Shown here: piece after piece, positions 56,716-64,000 of the stretch
How the letters are laid out: each line of letters begins with the position of its first letter
Numbering within the stretch: position 1 is the first letter of the stretch
Assembly: GCA_963793595.1 (NCBI GenBank)
Contig: CAWCBX010000054.1
Span: 13,943-77,942 of the forward strand
Length of the DNA stretch: 64,000 nt
Direction of reading: 5' to 3'
Origin: an uncultured Gammaproteobacteria bacterium
GTDB taxonomy: Bacteria; Pseudomonadota; Gammaproteobacteria; GCA-001735895
The notes under the pieces: model-generated
Told to the model about the DNA's origin: nothing
The model's input: the letters and a program-made list of their open reading frames with translations, nothing else
Database searches by the model: none
Translations under genes and position numbers: made by a program

Positions 56716-57387
56716 ATTATTATTGTTTCCACCTCTGCTCCAGAGCTTGCTGGCCACAAGACCGGGTTGTGGCTCGAAGAATGTGCCGCTCCTTACTACA
56801 AATTCAAGGAGGCGGGATATGACGTTGAGATTGCGTCTCCATCCGGCGGGCCCGTCCCCCTTGATTCTGCTTCGCTAGGGGAAGCGTTCCTCACCGACGC
56901 GTGCAAGAAGTTCTTGTTCGATCCTGAGGCGATGGGTATGCTAAGTCATACTAGCAAACTTTCTACTGTAGACTTGGCTGCTGTCGATTCGATCTTTTTC
57001 TGCGGTGGTCACGGCACCTGTGTTGACTTCAGTGACGATGCCTCGATCAAGAATGCCATCGAGACTTTGTATGGTGGAGACAAGGTCGTTGCAGCCGTCT
57101 GTCACGGCCCGACGTGCCTACCACAGTGCGTCAAGCCGGGCAGTACCGATCCTCTTGTCAAGGGCCTTACCGTCACTGGTTTCACTGATACGGAGGAGGC
57201 GGCGGTTCAGCTGACGGAGAAGGTGCCCTACCTGTTGGAGAAGAAGCTCAGGGAGCAGGGGTGTAATTTTGAGCGTGCCGACGATTGGCATCCCAAGGTA
57301 TGCGTTGATGGTAAGCTCGTCACTGGGCAGAATCCTCAGAGCTCTGAGTCATGCGCTGAAGCTGTCATCAAGATCCTGACGGCCTAG
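56716..57387 (+). CDS. DJ-1/PfpI (class I glutamine amidotransferase-like) family protein; 5' exon not resolved
   Basis: IIIVSTSAPELAGHKTGLWLEECAAPYYKFKEAGYDVEIASPSGG...FFCGGHGTCVDF...AVCHGP...VTGFTDTEE...VTGQNPQSS. The conserved frame is open upstream to 56716 without an ATG. A speculative model has exon 1 at 56601-56627 (MPICSMYEL) and an 88-nt GT..AG intron at 56628-56715. Confidence 0.8.
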   Translation: MIIVSTSAPELAGHKTGLWLEECAAPYYKFKEAGYDVEIASPSGGPVPLDSASLGEAFLTDACKKFLFDPEAMGMLSHTSKLSTVDLAAVDSIFFCGGHGTCVDFSDDASIKNAIETLYGGDKVVAAVCHGPTCLPQCVKPGSTDPLVKGLTVTGFTDTEEAAVQLTEKVPYLLEKKLREQGCNFERADDWHPKVCVDGKLVTGQNPQSSESCAEAVIKILTA

Positions 57388-57722
57388 ATTGATACTCGTG
57401 TCGACTGATTGAAACTAATGTGAACATCAATACGTACATGTAGGCCTAGTCAGCTAGGTATGTAAGCGATGCCATTAGATGTTGCGGTACCATATACATT
57501 TACTTGTTATCAGTTATTTCTTTTCTACTCGCCGAGTGTGACTTCGAAACGCGCAACGCTTTCGCATGCATCCGAACTTACTCGGCTCCAAGACGACAGA
57601 TTAGTTGATGAGAATGCGCTGTGCGCTACGAGATGTCGGTCGGACGGTATTATCTTTGCTGCTTTTGAGTGATTAATGACATAAAATGAATGAACTATGA
57701 TCGTAGAATGTCGTCGATCAGA

Positions 57723-58955
57723 TCACTGCACGGAAACGTTCGTGTTCTCGTCGTTGAACGACTGAATTCCCTTGGATGCGGGAGGAGCAAAGGCGGTCTT
57801 GGACGTCTTACCCTTATCCTGCTTGCCAATCGACGCAGTCTTGAGAATACCAGCGGGTTGGAGCGTGATAACGTTGCCGTTGCCGATGTTGGACTTGTTG
57901 GCAAAGGGAGTGCGCCTGGTATCGCCGCAATTCGTCTTGGGCATCATGGGCTGCTCAGTGATTTTGGCCGTAGTGGCTTCCTCCGCCGTCTTCACTTCCG
58001 TGACAGACTTGGGGCTAGGATCAGTGGGTTCGGCAGCGTTGGCTGACGCCTTGATAGTTGGGTGGACATTCTCGTTGATACGAGTAGTAGTTGGAGCGCC
58101 TGCATATACAGCCGTTGCTGTCTCTTCGGGAGCAGGCCTCGTAGACTGGACCGCGTGTGTCTGGAAGTTGTACCATAGCCTGTTGCCAGTGCGGTAATCG
58201 ATAACTTCCTTCCAGCCTAGAGGTTGAGGAGGGGCGGGTTTGCATCCTGCAAAGAGGGAGCGGACAAGATTACTGTGGTTGCTATTGATACTCGATGCCG
58301 AGCAATGGAACAGGCCACGGATATGCTTGACGTGACGGCAACGTTGAGTATGAAGAGCTGCATCAAGAAAGGCCATCACTAGCCTGTCCTGGCCCGAGAA
58401 CACGCGATTGTTGCGAAAGCAACCACTTGGATAGGTAGATAAAAAGGCAACCTTCTCTTCTCTCGTAACGCAGCCTGGTTGGTTGAGAAGAACGGCATCG
58501 ACGGGGAAGTAGGCAAACGACTCGATGGTCTTCTTCCTCATAGCGAACGCTGATTCCGTAGTCATGCCCAAAGCTTTGACAGCAGTTGCCGTCATGCCTT
58601 TGCCCTCGGCGACAGTAAGTAGAAACGAAAGCGTGAGAGTCTCGCTGAATTCCTCGTTGCTGTCTTCAGAGGTACCAGTAGGGAAGAGGAGGGCCTTCAA
58701 CCAACCGCTCTCTTGCGTTTCGTTGTGCGAGAAAAGGGTGGAAAGGGGCTCCGGTTTGTACGTAAGCTCGGGAGACCACCAACGGGCACGTACAATCATA
58801 TCGATGGCATCGTCTCTTGTGGGAAGGTCGGTATCACACTGAGAAGATGATGCAGTGGTTGGGGCGATACCCTGAGCGAGCACTCCGTTTCCTGTTGTTG
58901 CGCCACTCTCGGTGGCCTGCGAGAAGATCTTGTTAGCTGCAGATGATAGATTCAT
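57723..58955 (-). CDS. WW-domain-containing protein (otherwise unknown)
   Basis: 410 aa, ATG at 58955. WW motif PLGWKEVIDYRTGNRLWYNFQTHAVQSTRP. No family was recognised for the rest. Confidence 0.7.
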   Translation of the reverse strand: MNLSSAANKIFSQATESGATTGNGVLAQGIAPTTASSSQCDTDLPTRDDAIDMIVRARWWSPELTYKPEPLSTLFSHNETQESGWLKALLFPTGTSEDSNEEFSETLTLSFLLTVAEGKGMTATAVKALGMTTESAFAMRKKTIESFAYFPVDAVLLNQPGCVTREEKVAFLSTYPSGCFRNNRVFSGQDRLVMAFLDAALHTQRCRHVKHIRGLFHCSASSINSNHSNLVRSLFAGCKPAPPQPLGWKEVIDYRTGNRLWYNFQTHAVQSTRPAPEETATAVYAGAPTTTRINENVHPTIKASANAAEPTDPSPKSVTEVKTAEEATTAKITEQPMMPKTNCGDTRRTPFANKSNIGNGNVITLQPAGILKTASIGKQDKGKTSKTAFAPPASKGIQSFNDENTNVSVQ

Positions 58956-59124
58956 TGTTGGATATTCTTGAGTTTATTTGATTTGGTACGACTGTAAGGG
59001 TTGCAGGGTGGGAAGAGACAAAAATTATGAGCTTGTAGAACGTTGCAATGCAAATGAAAAAATGGACGTGCGCGACATTTCAGCATATTGAACAGACTTT
59101 GGTTCACAAAAATCCTTGTCAAGG

Positions 59125-59280
59125 GTGTGTGCCGATGCTTGAAGTAGCCAAGCACATACAAAACCGAGAGATCATGGTGTGTGCCGATGCTTGAAGTAGC
59201 CAAGCACATACAAAACCGAGAGATCATGGTGTGTGCCGATGCTTGAAGAAGCCAAGCACATACAAAACCGAAAGATCATG
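59125..59280. repeat. 52-bp tandem repeat, 3 copies
   Basis: The unit GTGTGTGCCGATGCTTGAAGTAGCCAAGCACATACAAAACCGAGAGATCATG occurs at 59125-59176, 59177-59228 and 59229-59280. Copies 1 and 2 are identical and copy 3 has 2 substitutions. Confidence 0.95.
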
Positions 59281-59673
59281 TTGTACACAACAGGTACATG
59301 TACCATGGTACAGCTGTAGTCAAAAGTTATTTTTCCGTCTCCCTCTTTCAGCAGCGCCCACGCACTGGTACTTCTCTAGCTACTCGTAGGTACTGTACCG
59401 TTTTATAATAGTAGAATTTCTACATAATAAAATGCTCGTCGAGTCGAGTCGAGTCAAAGTTGGTCGAGTGGTCTTTTGTGTACCGGTACCTACTAGGTAT
59501 TGTCTTATCTTTTTCTACCTAGGTGCATACTCGTAGTTATCGTAGAGCAAACGTCAGAACCAGATGGTGCCATGGTTACAATCGGTACGGCTTTTAAAAA
59601 TAAACAAATTTCATGTCACATAAAATCGATACATGCTCGAATACAGCAAAGAGCAAGATCTGTCGAATAAGAT

Positions 59674-60606
59674 CTAAACAGCACCAGGGTCCTCGATATC
59701 GTTCATTTCAATGAACGCTTCAGACTTGGTGTCGTCTCCTGATTCGTCAGAAAGACAAGCAATGCAGCGACGGCGATTATGAAAGAGTCCAGCTGCCACG
59801 CCAAGCAGAACAACACCTACAGCGCTGTAGGTAACAGCCTGGTTACCATTCGAATAATCAGCCTCGTCGCAATCCGATAGGGTCGTCTTGAGCGTGATTG
59901 GAAGGTTGAAGACGGAGTCTAAGTCAGAAGGCATGGTGACGCTGAAGTCCATTTGATAGGTTCCTGCATCGCCGCAAGCTGCACCGCGATCGGCGTAGTT
60001 GTAGATCTGGCAGATGTCGGTAACCAGAGTTGTGTTTTGGGTGTAGCAATACAAGGTCAATAAGCCTTGCGTGCCCACAGTAATGCACGGCGTGACATAA
60101 ACATTAGGGAAGCTTTCGATGCCGCGATCATCTTCGATTGTAACTGCAAGAGTATGTGTGTATCAGAGAACGGAGAGGAAGAGAATGGGGTATGTTTTAA
60201 CTTAGTGTTGAGATGGTGCACTACATACATAGCTACTACTTGCTTTGAGGTGAAACATGAAAACGTGTGTTACTTACTGTCACCCGTCACCTTGATGGTA
60301 TCGCCCACACCGCATGAGTTCGAGGACGAATCGTCCTCATCTTTGTCATCTTCACTTCCACGTTCACCTTCACACTCGTCTCCCTCGCAGTTTTCGTCTT
60401 CACAACCTTCACCTTCGCAATAAGTCAGCGTATTCAGTACTAGTATCACCGCTGGCGAGGCAATAACTGACGATGTTGTCCGTGGTGATGGTGGTACCAT
60501 CGCACGACGTCGTGGATGGAAAAATGACATCAACATTAGCGGCGACAGAAGATGGCATCGTCATCAAGACGGCTACCGACGCGAAGAAAGCGGATGTGAA
60601 CTTCAT
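59674..60606 (-). CDS. type I membrane protein, paralog A (2 exons; 1-nt frame defect in exon 1)
   Basis: Exon 1 is 60278-60606 (MKFTSAFFASVAVLMTMPSSVAA signal peptide ... GDTIKVTGD). The intron is 60144-60277 (GTAAGT...TTGCAG). Exon 2 is 59674-60143 (ITIEDDRG...AVTYSAVGVVLLGVAAGLF-HNRRR, acidic tail). Exon 1 needs a frame change near 60,420-60,440, and the total of 799 nt is not a multiple of 3. Confidence 0.65.
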
Positions 60607-60745
60607 TGTTGTTTAAAACTTTGGTTGGGTGTCGCTTGTGGAGGATGATGAATGAACAAAAATGAGGATCAGCAGAGAGAAACAAATGAGAAAGTGAAAG
60701 CTTAGGTGAAAGCTGATCGAAGAGGTCGGAATCTGTCCTATCGCA

Positions 60746-60985
60746 TATGGTATTCATGTCCGATAATACGTGTTTGTACAATGGTCCGTTGGGGACGATT
60801 ATTCCTGGGTTGGGAGTTTGGGCTGGGCCGTTGAATGGACATCTACCGGTGCTGTCCTGGTCGGACATATAATGTATGGTATTCATGTCCATTAATATGT
60901 GTTTGTACATATCGAGCCGGGCCGCCAAATGGGTCGGTTGAGACACGTCCGGGGCAGGGAAATTTGGGCCGTTGAATGCACATCT
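60746..60985. repeat. imperfect ~100-110 bp direct duplication upstream of paralog A
   Basis: TATGGTATTCATGTCC(G/A)(A/T)TAATA(C/T)GTGTTTGTACA...GGGCCGTTGAATG(G/C)ACATCT occurs at 60746-60844 and again at 60875-60985. Confidence 0.7.
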
Positions 60986-61685
60986 TTATTCAATCTGCTA
61001 TTTGTGGCTGCGCAGTAAATGCGTTGAGGTTTGAGGGACATTGTCATTTCACATTATTTCTAAGATTTGTGCGCATGTCCTACCAATCCCTGCGTTGAGC
61101 ATTTTACGGCACGAGGTACGATCGTATCCTGACGCACTAGGTATGAGTACGTAGATGTGTTGATATTTATTTTTTAAACATCATGTTTCTAAGCAGAAAT
61201 AGCAAGAAGGAAAATAATTATATATAATTACATGTGTGCAAAGTGCTTGCTTGGTACCATACGGTAGCATATAAGGAAGGTATCGCAAAGGAGTAAATCA
61301 GTAAGATAGGTACCCACATACTTACGAGCTCGTAGAGTACTGAATGAAAAGGGGAAGTCTCTTGCTGGATTATGTGCATGCCCTTTGATGCAAGGACTTC
61401 TTCTTCGAGAAAGGCGAGAGAGAGAGTCATGCATTTTTGTTATTATACCAATAATGCAGTCGAGAGACGTGTAGTACAGCCGTAGTCATCACTCATTTCT
61501 GGTTATCAGCTTTCTATCTAGATAGATCTAGAGGAATGATCCTGAATATGCCACCCACCTCTTCACCAAACGATCTTTTCTATTCTTATTAATAACAGCA
61601 GCGCAGCTAATTATTATTTTAATACTATTAATATTTTTTTAATGGTTCTCTGCCTTCCTTCCAACAACAACAACATTCAATATCT

Positions 61686-62606
61686 CTAAACTTCCGGTTC
61701 AGTGTTATCCGTCATTTCTACAAAATCTTCAGATTGATCTTCGTGATCCTTATCCGACGTAGTCCCGAGTCGTCGGCGGCGACGGCGTACGATTCCTACT
61801 GCTGCACCAAGGAGTAAAACTCCAACAGCGCTATATGTAACGGCATTGTCGCCAGAATCTGCTGCACACGCTCCAGATAAATTGACTTGTATCATAACGT
61901 CAATAGGTAGGCCCCAGTTATCAAAGTCTATGTCATCAACTTCGGTTGGAATTGTAATGGAAAAATCCATTTGATAATTGCCCTCCTGTCCGCAAACAGC
62001 CCCCCGCTTTTCGTAGTTGTACCAGTCACACAAGTAGCCTGCCATTTGCTTGTGATCTTCAAAGCATTTGAAGGAGAAACCCATTCCCAACGGAATGTTC
62101 AAATATAAGCAAGGAGTGAGGTATGCGGCTGGGTTATCGTCAGCGTCAAATCCAGGACTTCTTATTGACACTTCGTGTTTGGGGCGCAGAGAGTATCATA
62201 TATTATATGCATGAGAGGAAAGGAGGAGAAATGAGGAGGCGTAAGTGAAGTACATGTACTAGTACTGGCCGTTCGCTCGACGACGCCTGCAGAAAGCTAT
62301 AGTCACATAAATCAATCATCTTTACGACGACTCCTCCGCGAAATGCCTGCAGCACTTACGATCGCCGGTAACCTGGATTGTATCGCCTGCACTACAACCA
62401 TCGTCGCCGTCATCGGTGTCCGTGGTGTTATGGTCAGTTATGTTGCAGATACCGAAAACATTCTTGGTCACTACGCGGCCACCGTCGCATGTCCTGGTGT
62501 TCGGAACATCGATGTAAACGTTATAGGCCGAGACGGACGATGGCGTCGTGGCCATGATGGCCGACACGAAGAAGGAAGTAAGATGATGGTATTTTCCGAG
62601 CTTCAT
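61686..62606 (-). CDS. type I membrane protein, paralog B (2 exons, intact)
   Basis: Exon 1 is 62360-62606 (MKLGKYHHLTSFFVSAIMATTPSSVSA...GDTIQVTGD). The intron is 62171-62359 (GTAAGT...GAAG). Exon 2 is 61686-62170 (...AVTYSAVGVLLLGAAVGIV-RRRRRR, acidic tail). 247 + 485 nt gives 243 aa. The phase-1 intron sits at the same position as in paralog A. Confidence 0.7.
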
Positions 62607-62743
62607 TTTGTCTCCGTCGTCGGAATGAAGTATGGTAGGGCTGCTGCTAATGTGCGAATGGGCACTGAGTTGAGTGGAAGCACACGGCAAGGGGAGATAG
62701 GCTATTACTAGGCTAGGAAGTAGGAATAGGCTAGAGCATCATA

Positions 62744-62787
62744 CTCTCTCTCTCTCTGCTGCTCTCTCTCTCTCTCTCTCTCTCTCT
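62744..62787. repeat. (CT)n dinucleotide microsatellite
   Basis: ctctctctctctct gctg ctctctctctctctctctctctct. Confidence 0.9.
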
Positions 62788-63402
62788 AGGCTCTCTCGAA
62801 CTCTAGCTCTTAGCCTCTACTAGCTACTCTAGAGAGGCTACTACGTCTCGGTACGAAACGGCTGTCGTGTCGCTGATCGATCGCTGAAGGTGAATGCTCT
62901 TTATTCAGTGCAGTGACTAACATTTACACGTGACCCATTTGCGTGACCTGCCAAATGCAGGCCTTTCTGAAGGTCGTCATGGGCATCTCAGTCAGAGCAT
63001 CTCTGTCTCAGTGGCATAATTGATAGTCGTACTGTAGTCCCGCAATCCCTCCCCTTCAGTCAGAATTAGAAGCCACTTCTGCTCTTGTTTGCTTCCTTTT
63101 CTCTGACCACTTCTTATGGTGCTCGTTGCGACCCTGACCCTCCTTCAATGGTCTGCAGCGACGGGTCGGTCCGCCCCCCAGCACCAACGCAGAAAACGGT
63201 TCCTCCAGCACAGGTCCGGAACACTGGCTAGGAATTTACCCTGCCTGGTACAGCTGTAGAGAGACGTTGCGCGGTGCGCCAAAGAGGTGCTTCCCCGTCG
63301 CAATAACCTCTCATTCTCGGGATTATTCGCGTCATCTTTACGCTCTAGAGAGAGAGTAGTTATTGTCACCAGATTCATCATCGTCAACAAAAAACAACCA
63401 CC

Positions 63403-64000
63403 ATGCCCAAGAAGTCCAAGGCGGAGCAAGTCCTAGAGGACAACCCCGACGCGATGCATGATCTGATGCAGAAGATCCGCTCCGATCCGAATTACATCAC
63501 GCAGCTCTACAAGGACTGTCCCGGCATGCGTCGGGTGCTTGATGAGCATCCGGATCTCAAGAAGATATTCGAGAATCCGGACATTATGAAGCAGAGCTTC
63601 GAGGCCGTTTACGTGAAGAATGGTGGCGAACCGGAACCTCAGCCTGAAGGGGATGATTCCGATTGTAAGTTATGAGTATGGCGTCGGCGGCGTACTCTGC
63701 GGGGTCTTGTGCGTCTCGTGAATGTATGTTGCGCAAGACATATATATATGAGAGAATTGGTATATCTCCTCTCGTGACTCGGTACACTTAATGCGTATGC
63801 CTTCCAGTGCCATGCAAACTGTCCTAACCTTCTTTCTGCCCTTCTGCCTGTCACACAGACGAATCTGATACCGATGAAGACGACTACGAGAGCAGCTACG
63901 GTGGTAGCAACCGCGGCAAGTCCTCGTACAACGACGGCAAATCGCTTGCCACCGAAGACTTTGACGATGATGACACTCTGGCTCGACAGAAGAAGGCTCT
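63403..64000 (+). CDS. hypothetical acidic protein, 2 exons, 3' end beyond the window
   Basis: Exon 1 is 63403-63664 (MPKKSKAEQVLEDNPDAMHDLMQKIRSDPNYITQLYKDCPGMRRVLDEHPDLKKIFENPDIMKQSF..., loosely STI1-like NP-repeat spacing). The intron is 63665-63858 (GTAAGT...CACAG). Exon 2 from 63859 continues in frame (YESDTDEDDYESSYGGSNRGK...). Confidence 0.6.

Noticed and set aside
59125-59280. A CRISPR-like array (regularly spaced repeats).
   Set aside because: The 52-bp units are directly abutting with no spacers, there are only three of them, they sit in eukaryotic DNA and no cas genes are present. It is a minisatellite.

Overview
This window joins two unrelated kinds of genome. Positions 1 to ~26,860 are a gene-dense, intron-free gammaproteobacterial chromosome segment made only of core housekeeping genes: glyQ, mpl, a Hanks kinase-cNMP fusion, ubiX, hemL, ampG, xthA, pyrE, argB, coaBC, radC, a GGDEF/EAL protein, yicC, rph, rdgB, hemW, rpmE2, M48 and M14 peptidases, hemB and aroE. 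Many of these have 1-11 nt start/stop overlaps. The segment ends in an RND efflux gene cut roughly in half inside a (GGC)n tract at ~26,838-26,860. From ~26,880 to 64,000 the DNA looks eukaryotic and nuclear. It has GT-AG introns of 112-194 nt that I could confirm from domain continuity, kb-scale intergenic regions and microsatellites. It also has a ~14 kb transposon island, with a 5'-truncated Ty3/gypsy Pol and a ~6 kb P/THAP9-like DNA transposon bounded by 28-bp TIRs. Host genes include a six-DEP-domain protein, a WD40-like protein, a GRAM/VASt lipid-transfer protein, triosephosphate isomerase, a frame-broken RNA uracil-5 methyltransferase, DJ-1/PfpI, a WW-domain protein and a tandem pair of membrane-protein paralogs. 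An ASAFAP-like signal-peptide cleavage motif suggests a diatom-like stramenopile, but this is inference only. I found no rRNA, tRNA or CRISPR, and no bacterial defence or accessory island. The three observations most worth follow-up are the bacterial/eukaryotic junction (assembly chimera favoured over real integration), a degenerate C5-DNA-methyltransferase-like domain between RNase H and integrase in the gypsy Pol, and a tight cluster of three DnaA boxes upstream of rpmE2. All family assignments come from reading motifs by eye; no searches were run.
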